DNA of 61,988 nucleotides, counting the filler, from Choristocarpus tenellus KU-1152 (Eukaryota; Protista; Phaeophyceae), in NCBI GenBank assembly GCA_964200185.2. It is 9 parts of 9 records of this genome, joined end to end, with 100 filler letters (N's around TTAATTAATTAA, not from the genome) between each part and the next. Parts side by side here need not be neighbours in the genome. Positions count along the whole stretch, not along the records: positions 45,727 to 57,685 come from CAXNAD020002048.1; positions 57,786 to 61,988 come from CAXNAD020015717.1; 7 more parts are not named here. One strand, given 5' to 3'. The notes beneath the pieces were generated by a model. The model saw only the letters and a list, made by a program, of their open reading frames with translations. It did no database searches and was not told the DNA's origin. Shown here one piece after another: positions 51,501 to 61,988 of this stretch. The position numbers and the translations under genes were made by a program. Within the stretch, counting starts at the first letter, position 1. Every line of letters begins with the position of its first letter.

Positions 51501-54500
51501 GAAAATGTCCAAGGCTGTAAAAGACCTGATTTTCACTTACTTACTGGTTCAGCCGGATCTTGAGACAGTGAAGGAGAAAGTCTGGCTCCAAGCCAAGGTT
51601 TGCCTTTTCTATTGGGTTTTCAGCATTTATCAGATGACACTATCAGCGAGTAGAGGTTGGATGAGGACGGGGTACAATTCACTCCAGTGTCATCAAGGAC
51701 ATTATGGGATGCTGAGTCGTGTTTGTCTTTATTTTCTGGTCACATATCCTTTCTCCTTATCAACATTGAGTGGGGGAGGGCATGAACAGTACCAAGACTT
51801 CAAGCACACCAATGAAATATCTATATTACTCCTTAGTATCCTAGAGGGGGTGTCAAGCGTCCACAGGGGTCTGTGTGACTCTGTAGCGATTCCATGTCAT
51901 ATGAGTGAACGAGACAGGTGTGAGGGCAATTTCTTCACCTAAACACACCTTCCTTTCAATGGAAAACTCCCCTTGCCTGAACCAAATTTCAATGGAAAAC
52001 TCCCCACTAAGCGGGTAACAAACTAGAGTATTTTATAACACCTCATCAGGCCCCGAATGGACTATCTGGGCTAAGCATCGCACCCTTTATGGCACGATGA
52101 GCCAAATGGCCTACAGATATTGGGGCAATTCATTAACTGGATGATTTGCCTTGCATCATCCCCTTCCCCCTCAAATTTGATGTATATTTTATACTGTTTG
52201 TCGTGTTATTTTCTTCTTTTTCGAAAAACTTCAATGTAGGTCAGAGTGCAAGAAATCGGACATTTTTCATTCAAGCATAGAGTGTTCCCAGAAAAGCCAC
52301 TGCGGTTTGGAAACGAAGAATACCCCAGCTTGAGCAAGAGATATGCCCTGATTTTGATAGGTGGTGATTGTATGTGTGCCGACGACGCTATCTAACCAAT
52401 ATCAAGACAAGCTACAAAGTCTTGGATGTGGGAGAGACTTGCCAGGTTATTCTTAAGATTGAAAGGAAGACAAAGATTCCTTCGGTCATATTTCCAAAAA
52501 AGGTTAGAGGAATGCCATATTTACTGTCTCATGAAAGAAAAAAAAATGATTTCATTCCTGTACCATCTTTCTTACCAATACAACAACTACCATTGGAGCA
52601 ACAGGCATCCTTACTGTTGACAACCCCATAAAAAGTTTGTCTGACTGAGGGGAACTTAAGCAACAGAAGAACAGCAAGAAAAAAAAGTTGTAAATTGAAG
52701 AAAAAATGGTCTGCATGTGAATTTTTCATAGAAAACGTGTGACTGTAGCAAGTCAAATTACGGTCCGATAGCTGTATATGAATATGAAACTGTCATTTTG
52801 CCAGGGTATGAAATGTGCATCCATCCAGATGTGAGAAGAAATGTTTGGCCTGCCTGTGAATTGGGGAAAAGTTTTTGTGTCAACTACAGTTGAAGTGTGA
52901 TCAGGTGATGATATCGCCAATGTACTGACTAGTGAGAGAGAGGTGTATCATTTGAAGGGTGAGCCTGTATGCTGAAAATAAATGTTCCTGAGTGGTCTCT
53001 CTTTGGCGGCTGGTGAGCTGATGGACCCTAGAAATATTTATCCAAGTCACACAATAACACGATACTCTCTCTTCCCATTTACATAAATACTATTCATGTA
53101 TTGAAGGGGGAGCATCGGAGTTGGTGTGATCCAATTCCAACCATTGGAGTTTGGTAGACTCAGCTGCTTGAAATAATAATAGAAATAAAAAACTATGTCC
53201 AAGAATATAATCAACAATGAAGAGGCATTTATTTCATGGTGGCAAAGACATAGGTATCTTCTTCAGACACATCCATTTTTCTCCTACCTCTTGGCGTTGA
53301 CCCTGCACAGAAATCCCACCCTAGATGCTGCCCTTACCACTGTTATGATGGTACCACCCATCCAATTCCCTACACCTCAGATTGCTGCCATTCAGGCCGA
53401 GGCTGTACCCCAATGTGCGGCTGTACGAATCCAGACCACCTTCCGTGAGAAGAGGGACCTGCGGCACTATTGCGTGCAGAAAAAAATGGCTCTTCGCTTA
53501 CAAGTAAGACTCTAGTTTGCATCATGGTTTTTCCCTCTCGTACAGCCTTTTTTCACTGTTACCTAAGGCACCAAACCATGACCCCTGGTCCAGTGCTTGC
53601 ACAACTTTCTACAGGCGATACCACTCACTTCCCTGCAACACTCAATAGTATAACTTTCACACAATGTGCCATTGCTGTGCATCTACACATGCCAATTTTA
53701 TTTTTTCCTCTAATCACTCATACATATGCCACAGGCGATGTGAATACGTATTTTCTTCAAGATCGTTAAAGGTAGTAAGGGTAATGGTATGCTGAGGAAA
53801 ACCTGCCTGAGCAGGATAACATATTTAACACCATTATCCAATGGAAAGTGTTTGCCTTGGCAATTTCATGCTTCAGCTCAATATTGCCATCGTTCCAAGG
53901 CAAAAAACATAATTATAGATACTTGGTTTTCATCTCCTGGAACCAGGCGTTTCTTCGAATGGAGTTGTGCCACCATTCGTACATCGCTGAACTTCAGCGC
54001 ATAGAGGATGAGAGAGTGCAGACGTTCAGGAACATGAATGCAGCTCTGATCCAGGGCTGGTATCGTAGGATTGTGTGGATGTGTAGGTGAGCTAACCCCC
54101 ACCCTATCAATCTATCCTTCCCCAAACCTCTACACCCATGCATATGCCTCTCTGCACACTATCAATGGTGATGGAGAAGAAGAAGAACTTGGCCTTGCAA
54201 AAACATTTGCTTGCAAGTGTAATTCTTGATACTACTCCAATTTTACTATTTTCGTTACCATTATATATATACTGTTTTGGTAACAACTTCTCAATCAATA
54301 TCTCAACATCACTTTGGTTGACTCAGAAAAATGGCTGTTTTCCTTGTAGGACAAGATCTCTAGAGGATTGACCGTTCATATTTTAACCCTTTGTGGCATG
54401 CTTTGTGGCATGCTGCTACTTCCGAAACTAGTGTGGTGATATTTGAACCTCATCAGGACTAAGCAAGAAGAGTGCATACAATAAAATACTGCAAGGGTAT

Positions 54501-57441
54501 ACGCTCGGTCATAAATTAAGGATCAAGCATACCTGTAACTATTTTGAGGCAGAAACTGAACACAGCAATTTTCAAAAGATATCTGGTTCGTTTTTTTTCC
54601 CCAGATTGGGAGAGAGCATGGTGTCCCTGAGTCATTGTGATCATCTTGCAACCATGGCAACAAGTATTTGAGATGTCGTGGGTTAAAAGTAGTTTCTTCC
54701 TGAATGCTTCAAAGTATCTTTGCCCCCAGAAGCACTAATGTGATAAAGCAAACTGTAACAATCAGACACTATTCCTTGACTCGGTCCCTAACCTTAGCCC
54801 AAGGTTTTTGCCGGTGGTGCTCATACCATTCAACAAATCCGCGATAGAGACATTCTCTGATTGCAAGTTACAACTGGGTATTGGCTTATTTCCAACCAAA
54901 TCAATTGTTGGGATAATGAGTAACGCATTTTCAGAGCATCAGTAGTAGAGAATTAGGCATTACTCAGACTTGTAGTTTATATTACTTTCGTATTTTCTGT
55001 ATACTTTTCGATTTAGTATAGAATTTCTCTACGCAAGATCTCCTCCAGATTTGGAATAATTGGAGCAAGTTCGGACAGTGTATAATTTCTTGAATTTTAT
55101 CACACTTGTAGACCAAACACAATTTTCAGAAGACGGTTGATGTCCTATCCTGGGAAGATCAAGACTAAGTGCATAGTCTATCAGCACGTTACAGCTATTT
55201 CTGCACTCTTAATGCAATCAAGAAAGAATCAGAAGTGCCCTTGCCTATTATTTCAGCGCTTTGTGCTCTTCATGAGAGCACAGCCTGGGAATAAAGTACT
55301 GATCCATTAATGAACACTATAACCTTACCCAACACTTTCCTGAACTCTGTACCTAACACTAACCTTTACTCTAACCATTCAGGCTGCAAACTGCATGCGA
55401 ACAACGGGCCAAGGAAACGCGACAATACTGGAGAAGATGGAGGGCAAGCAAAAGGAGGAGACGGCGCAAGAGGGAACAGGTGGGTTGACATGTCTGGCGG
55501 GGCTTCTGTTTTGCGAGCATATCTTGCTCTCACGCTTTTAGGTGACAAAACAACATTCTTCATCCTCCCCATTTCTTCTATGTACACCTTCAGGACTATC
55601 TAGTGAAGTTGGGGGAGGTCCTTATTTGTTGAGACATATTATAGCGGACATTGTGATAGTTTTATACTTACTATAGCAGACAATGTGATAAGTCTGGTAT
55701 GTTTGTAACAATCGAAAGAAATACAGAGTGCTATCATCACAACACAAGGATGAGGATACACCAATTGCATCACTATACACTTTCAGAAAATTACACCCCA
55801 TACACATACAAGAGTGAAGAACAAAAACAAGGAAAACTATTAATACAATGAAACTCACAATCGTTATCTTGCAACTGTCTGTCCGAAGGCTACTGTCTTC
55901 CGCGAGTCCCGCAACCTCAATGGCGAGATGGTACTGATATCCATGAGCCAGTGGGACACCCGCTCCCTCAACATCACAGTGCGTGCCTATGTGCCTCTGA
56001 CACAGGAAACATTCAGGTGAGTTATGGAGTCCCTCTACTGTGGTTAGACGTAGCCTTTTGTAATTCAGCATTTCCTTGTCTTGGTCATACACATTATTGG
56101 TGCCAGATGTTTCTCAGTGAAAGTATCTTAGAGGGTACGATTTTTTCCCTGTTTGTCCTTTTGGGGCTTGACTTCCCACGGGTTTTTATGACATTTTACC
56201 TACTCCAAAAAGTTTCGGAGAAGGTTAAATGCATACGCTATGAAAAGGTGTGTCCGAACAAAGATATTGGTACTTCCTAACAAACAAGATAGCCAAAATT
56301 ACATCAGAATCACAACATTGGAACTCGGCCCCCAAATGGATGTGGCTCCACCCTCTAAGATACTTTGACTCTCTCATATGCCGACTTTGCTCTACTTGAA
56401 AACTTCCCGTCTCCAAATAATAGTTTGGCATAGCCTAATAGCTACACGGCAAGATAATGCCTTTGAATCTGCCATCTCTCCCAACAGTCATATGGGCAAT
56501 ATTGACATAGCCAAGTGGAGTGCCTATATATGTATTGTGCTGGTGCATTTCTCACCACAATTGGTAGCCCATTAAAAAAAATTGCTGGGGTTACCTAGCT
56601 GTGTAGTATACCTCCCGCACCCAAATGCACTTTCATCCTTTTTCTTGAACATGTTATTTTCAAGTGAGAGAGAGGAGTTTCAATGTCCACAGTTTTCCTT
56701 AAAAAATGACGAAAATTACAACTATATTTGAATTTAATGGATAAAGCCTAGAGTAGGGAGAGAGGGACTTAGATGTGGACAGATAGTGAAGCAGAAATAT
56801 GATTATGGAAATCCCAATTGTGAAAATACCCCATGCATCAGGAATATTTTTTTCCTGTTCTACCACTCCTGGGCCTAGGTGAACATTGCCATGATGTCCC
56901 TAGACTGTTTACTTTTTCTTAGACATAAATTACGTGTATTTGACTGCTTTCAAGGTGTTCAACACTCTAGTAGTTACTGCTTTTCGTGTGACATAAGGAC
57001 ACAAACCTTTACAAGTCACCATATAGCTATTAATATGTGGAATGGTCACTTGGAAGATGAAGAGCGCTATAAGAGTAATAGAGGAGGAGGATGACTTCTA
57101 CATTCCTCCCTTCCATGAGCCTATCTCTTTGATCTTCAAGCCTATCAGACATGCAACGGCCCCTAACTTCTTGCTCCATTCTGAACAGATTTACCATACA
57201 AGAGGCAGACCTCCGTGCCCAGATTTACGCTGCCCTGGAAACAGACTCTTTGAGTGACGCAGAGATCCTATCTGAGCTTGGACAGATTGCTGCACGACTC
57301 TCATGTCGTCGCCAGCGAAGGCCAGGGGATGGTAAGAGGCGGGTGGTTGTTTCCAGGGCCAAGAAAGCATTATCCGAGCGAGGCGCACTTGTGTACCGAG
57401 TGTGTAAGAGGTTTGACGACGGGGTGCTATACTTCACTAGG
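48582..57441 (+). CDS. Large multi-exon IQ-motif (calmodulin-binding) protein, partial; one apparent frameshift
   Basis: Exons: 48582-48740, 50212-50442, 51553-51597, 52240-52445, 53381-53503 (AAVRIQTTFREKR..ALRLQ), 53947-54086 (AFLRM..AALIQGWYRR), 55383-55479, 55889-56016 (ATVFRESRNLNGEMVLIS..VRAYVPLTQETF), 57189-57441 (FTIQEADLRAQ..). All junctions are AG/GT. Phases match except exon 52240-52445, which is 206 nt. Confidence 0.75.
49467..49724 (-). mobile_element. MITE family A (intronic)
   Basis: gagtgaaagtatcttagagggtac...taccctaaccctaagatactttgcctc. Confidence 0.9.
49860..50118 (-). mobile_element. MITE family A (intronic)
   Basis: gagtgaaagtatcttagagggtac...taccctctaagatactttggctc. Confidence 0.92.
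56115..56371 (-). mobile_element. MITE family A with TCT TSD (intronic)
   Basis: tct|cagtgaaagtatcttagagggtac...accctctaagatactttgactc|tct. Confidence 0.92.
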
Positions 57442-57616
57442 GTGAGAAACCTGTATTCAAAGTATGGTGAAGTTGAAGGGTAACAACCCAATTTGCTCAA
57501 TATTAGAGGTTTCAACGAAGCTTTCATTCCACTGGTGCCAAAAAAAGAATTGAAGATACACTGTTCAATTTATGTTATAGTAGCATGTCACTGACCTACT
57601 GAACAATAGTATCATT

Positions 57617-57685
57617 GGCTCAAAGTATCTGGGAGGGGGTGGCGGCTGTCCATTTGGGGTCAATTTTTGTATGTCGCAATTTTTG
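57617..57685 (+). mobile_element. MITE family B left terminus, truncated by contig end
   Basis: ggctcaaagtatctgggagggggtggcggctgtccatttggggtc. Confidence 0.8.
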
Positions 57686-57785
57686 NNNNNNNNNNNNNNN
57701 NNNNNNNNNNNNNNNNNNNNNNNNNNNNNTTAATTAATTAANNNNNNNNNNNNNNNNNNNNNNNNNNNNNNNNNNNNNNNNNNNN

Positions 57786-60510
57786 TGCAAGGCACCCCCA
57801 TACATGCACCTGCACCAGCAGACGCCCCCCTACCCTCCCCCATACTGAGGTCCCCCTTATCTTCGTCGTCCTCGTCGTCCTCGTCCTCCTTCTGCTGCTC
57901 CTCGTCCTACTCCTCATCCTCCTCATCCTGTTCATCCTCCTCCTCCTCCCTGTCGTCGTTGGTCTCGTCCTTCTTTTCGTCCCCATTCTCCCCCCCCTCT
58001 CCTCTCCTCGTCCCTTGAATTTTGTCTTCCGTCCTTCTCCCACAAAACCCCCCCTTTCCCTTGCCTTGATAGCAGACTTTAGAATTGACAACACCTTCGT
58101 AGGAATCTTTTTGCCGTTCCCAACAAGTTTCTCGCAAGTCCAAACAATACCCGCCACAAGTTCCCAGCTTACGTCTTTAACTTGCTTCGGTTTCCCAGTT
58201 CGCCCGGATCTATCACCAGTGTGTAAGTAGCCTTCGACAAAATCACTTTTCCAGTACTTTTCAAGGGTCAGAAACGCGGCGTTGTCACGTGTGTGGTCAC
58301 TGGTCGGCCGAAGCCAGTGAAGATCCACCCCACGCTCCCCGTTGTCGCCGACGCGCTCCGCTAGTATCTTGCCGACCAAGAGCGGCGACTCCATTTCCAC
58401 AAAAAAGGCAAACCTGCCTTCCTGCACGGTGACGAGGTTTCGATCGTTCGCCGATCTCAAGGTAGCACGAGGCCAACCCCGTCGACGGAAGCCAGTTTCT
58501 TCCGTGTCACTGTCCGATGAGGAAGAGTCTGTTTCCTCGAGCCCACCGAGATCATTGTCACCGCTGACGAGATTACCTCCTCCACCCGAACGTTCGCCCT
58601 CGTCGGTGTCTTCGACGTTGCTGGTACCAGTTCCAGCGCCATCGTCATCGGTGGGAAGCCAATGGAATGGTAGGTCGAACTCTCGTTCCCCTGTCTTTTT
58701 GAAGAAGCCGCACAGACTCGCTTTGCTCGTGTTTTGCTCTCTGAACAGCTTAATCGTCTGTGAAGGTGGATGGCATGAGCACGAGAACATCAACGGTATG
58801 GAAACATGAATGTGACTTTGTAACCAGCCGTAAGGTTACACGAAGGCGTTCGGGGAGCATGTAGTGAGAGGGAGGGTGTAGATCTCGGCGGATTCGGCGC
58901 TGTTGAGTACAAGACCGGTACCCTCAAAACAATTATCGCCGGTAATCTATAGTACTTGTCTACTTTTTTTTTCCGTCTTTCCTTGTATTTCAGAATTTCA
59001 AATTGTTTGCATTTTTGCATTTGTTGTTTGACTTGCGTTCCACCCTCGTTGTACTATTATTATGTTAGTGGTATGCGATTTCACGAAGCTTAACGGTACC
59101 GTACTTGTGTACTGTCACTGTCAAGTTTGACGCATGCCAGACCCACACGCTCGCTCCGCCTTCTTTTCATTCAGGGGCTCTTATGGCATCGAAGGTGGGC
59201 TTGGTTGTGGAAGATCATCCCCTGCGTATAATGTACAAGACGAGGGGGGGGGGGCGCCCTCTCGCAGGCACTGATAACCATCTCAGATGCCACCACGACA
59301 TGATTCTTCTCGCTCACAATGATGGGACAGAGTGCAACAACGAGTCACCGTCAACGAGATCTTTGGGAGTGATCCATCTCCTCTGGTGCTCCAAACCATG
59401 TGTGACGTTGATTACCAAGGTGCTGTGATGGACATCCCCATGAGGGCACTCCACTTCCTCGTTAACAGGTTCGTTAATTACATCACACACGCCCTTCTTC
59501 ATAGGAGCAACAACTATTTTTGTATAGGTGTAGATCATCGTTAAACAGTAACGCAACAAGCTGGGTGACGGTTCAGGGGCGTCAGACCGTACCATGAGTG
59601 TGTTTCCCTGAATCAGTATGTTAGGTGTCAAACCACACCATGAGCATGTTGCCCTGAATCAGTACGTTACTCATACATTGCCATATGGCGAATCCGTGCG
59701 CAATACAAGGTACTCCTCGGGATAATTTTCGACTCGCCCTCCTATGATAGGTACACGAATCCTGGGGACACCATCGTCTCCTTCAGCGCAGAGAGGCACA
59801 ATGTGACGGAGGCGGCCCTTGAATGGAGCAGGAGGGTGGAGTTTCGTGTCCAACACGGCGTCAAAGGACGATGCGAAAGAGAAGATGGAGACCTCCTTCG
59901 GCCTAGCCTACAAGAAAGGCAAGTGGAAGGTAATAAGGGTGTGCTGACTTTTTTCCATTTCTTTCCAAATTATTGTCTGTCTTCGTTCACTATGGATAGG
60001 TGTCGGGCGTGTGGTTGTGGTAGTGATGTTTCCTTGTTCATGTCTACACGTTGCTAACATGGTGCATGCGGTGACCCACACCACAAACGGAAATCGCGAG
60101 ACCCCACGACTTTGTGTGTGAGTGTCGTTACGTCGTAATGTCTTCCTTGCCCACACAAAAAAACAAACGTGCTGCGGTACACCTCAAGATATTGAACCAA
60201 CGCCGGAATAATCCCTACATATGTGATGTAACCTTATCGCATGGCAAACACTTGAATGCCACATGGTTGGGCTGTCACATGTACGCACACGATGTTGCAG
60301 GTATCCACGTCTCTCGTTCAAGAACGCGTTACAGGCCCTTCCTGACTGCCGGAAGCCTTGGGGCAGACCCTCGTCCCAATTGAGACGTAGTGATGATTTG
60401 CTGATGCCGTCAATCCTCAGGGAAAGGCAATGGGACGCGATGAGGCGACAGTTTTCGTTGCGAAGACGGTGGCGACAGACTTCGGCTACCAGATCGAGGT
60501 GAATCTGGCA
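57786..60510 (-). mobile_element. Divergent, probably intron-containing RNase-H-fold transposase-like gene (DUF7869/Sola1-like)
   Basis: Ordered motifs on the minus strand: HLDLV..R..CLSLRIDGISKS (60505-60390), RGYLQH, YPEEYLVLRTDSPYGN (~59725-59678), GVCDVI..CPHGDV..ITPKDL (~59500-59360). These are followed by a 336-codon open C-terminus (58793-57786: PLLVGKI..VDLHWLRP..KKIPTKVL, then an acidic/basic low-complexity tail). The family assignment comes from a remembered consensus, not a search. Confidence 0.5.
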
Positions 60511-61931
60511 TAGAATGCACTTCGTAGCATATCTGTCAAGAATGAACGGCAGAGTCACGCTCTTGGCACGCAGTAGACATGTTTTTTTTCTTCCCGAGCC
60601 CAAACCTATCTATTGCGGCACCCAAATACTTCGCTGCGTAGGAGACTATGGGCCTTGCGGATAAGTGTTGGATCCGTCGTGTGTTCAACGTTTGCCACAA
60701 TAAGGTTGCCGTTTTTGCACCACCTTCGGTCGTACACCTCCAAATCACGTCCATTCATGAATGGCCGAACTCTAGATCCACCCCCAACACCCCTCCACCC
60801 CACCCAACCCCATCGCTGTCTTTGTCTTCTGCAATGCTCAGCCGTGTGCAAGCTCATTCTCGAATCCCGCCGAAATGGCCTTATACCCGCTTGACGAAAA
60901 AGACTACAAAGTCGGCGGAAATGACCTCCCTGCGTAGGGTGATCTCCAATTGTGCAACTCTCGATCAGAGGCCTTCCGTTCGATCTCTCTTGACGACCAA
61001 GAAGAACAGTGCATTCGTCTGCTTCATGTGGCCAACAACAACCAGCTCAAGCGCATGCTTTCACCTGGAACGGAGGTGTGTGGGCCGCGTGCAGAGCTCT
61101 ACTGCACGTGGCAGCCACTTGCTCTCTCTACTACATGCGTTGGACCGAGAAGGCAGACGGTGCCAACGTTGAATTCATGTCAAACGTTCCGCAGAGCGGA
61201 AGCCGTGACAAGGTCCTCCTCCCCTTCTCCCAAGTTGGCCCCGGGCAGATGTTCGTCACACCCATAGTCGGGAGGTTGTGCAAACCCCGGGCAAAGAATG
61301 ACACGAGATCACCGTTCACTATACTCCCGGGTCTTACGGTAGTGTGTTCTCGTGGGTTCGAAGTGCGGGATTTGGACTAGGACTTGACGCCAATCACCAC
61401 TAGAAAGCGCAATCGCCCCTCTTCCCGCACGGGTGGAAAGGGGAAAGATCGCAAGGTGCGGAGGGGCGCCGATGATTCTGCGCCGGAAGACGAGCCGGAG
61501 TATGTCAGCGACGCGGAGGAGGACGAAGAGGAAGAAGAGGAGTAAGAAGAGGAGGGGGACGGGGGGCAGGGAGGAGGGGGGGGGGGGAGCGGCGGGGGGC
61601 ACACATGTTGGCAAATGAATGATTGAGCAACGGCAAACAGTAGTTCAAGCAGGTTGTTCATGTGTCTGTTGCACTCCCGGTAACGTGCTTATCAGGGTTG
61701 GTGCCCGTGCTTGCTTCAGGTGACACATGCACAGTTTCTCACGGTGGTGGGGGGAGGAGGGGTACAACGAATGAGCAGCAAATTGAAAAAGCTCATGTTT
61801 TTTTTTTAATGTGCAGGAAGATTTTTTTTACTACAAGCTACCGTCAGATACGGTAGCCTTCTTCTCCTTCTCCCTGTTGTTGTCATGCGATGTGTTACAA
61901 GTCCAACAACTTTCCCGAGAAAATAGATAAA

Positions 61932-61988
61932 GGGTGAAAGTATCTAAGAGGGTACGAGTTTTGCCCTGTTTGTCCATTTGGGGCTTGG
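61932..61988 (-). mobile_element. MITE family A, truncated by window end
   Basis: gggtgaaagtatctaagagggtacgagttttgccctgtttgtccatttggggcttgg. Confidence 0.88.

Noticed and set aside
4634-61988. Regularly recurring AAAGTATCTTAGAGGGTA repeats as a CRISPR-like array
   Set aside because: The copies are dispersed, occur as inverted pairs around a conserved interior, have TSDs and lie in a eukaryotic context. They are MITE TIRs.

Overview
Eukaryotic, intron-rich, repeat-rich genomic DNA made of nine contigs joined by eight identical 100-nt artificial spacers (44 N + TTAATTAATTAA + 44 N), so adjacency across the gaps is not trustworthy. The organism is probably a stramenopile, possibly a brown alga or close relative; this is inferred from intron density and TTAGGG-type repeats. 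Splice-site and phase reconstruction supports five genes: (i) the 3' half of a HAS1/DDX18 DEAD-box helicase gene (+, 1-3932); (ii) the 3' end of an EDC4/Varicose/Ge-1 decapping-scaffold gene (-, 11109-16816), with a GC-AG intron; (iii) a multi-exon IQ-motif protein gene (+, 48582-57441) with one apparent frameshift; (iv) a coiled-coil gene fragment (-, 31111-34065); and (v) a multi-exon pseudogene (-, ~26170-28690). The rest is mostly transposon debris: nested Gypsy elements with an LTR and PBS, decayed Copia copies, a CRE-like non-LTR RT, a mariner transposase and a divergent, apparently intron-containing RNase-H-fold transposase-like gene. There are also three small TIR/MITE families, two of which share termini and subterminal motifs. 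The most unusual structure is an intronic 74-bp-arm hairpin (30755-30919). It arose by tandem and then inverted duplication of the upstream exon end and its 5' splice site, and its mismatches are biased toward G:U pairs on the transcribed strand, making it a candidate self-targeting small-RNA precursor or splice-site-sequestering switch. All alignments and counts were done by eye and no database search was run.
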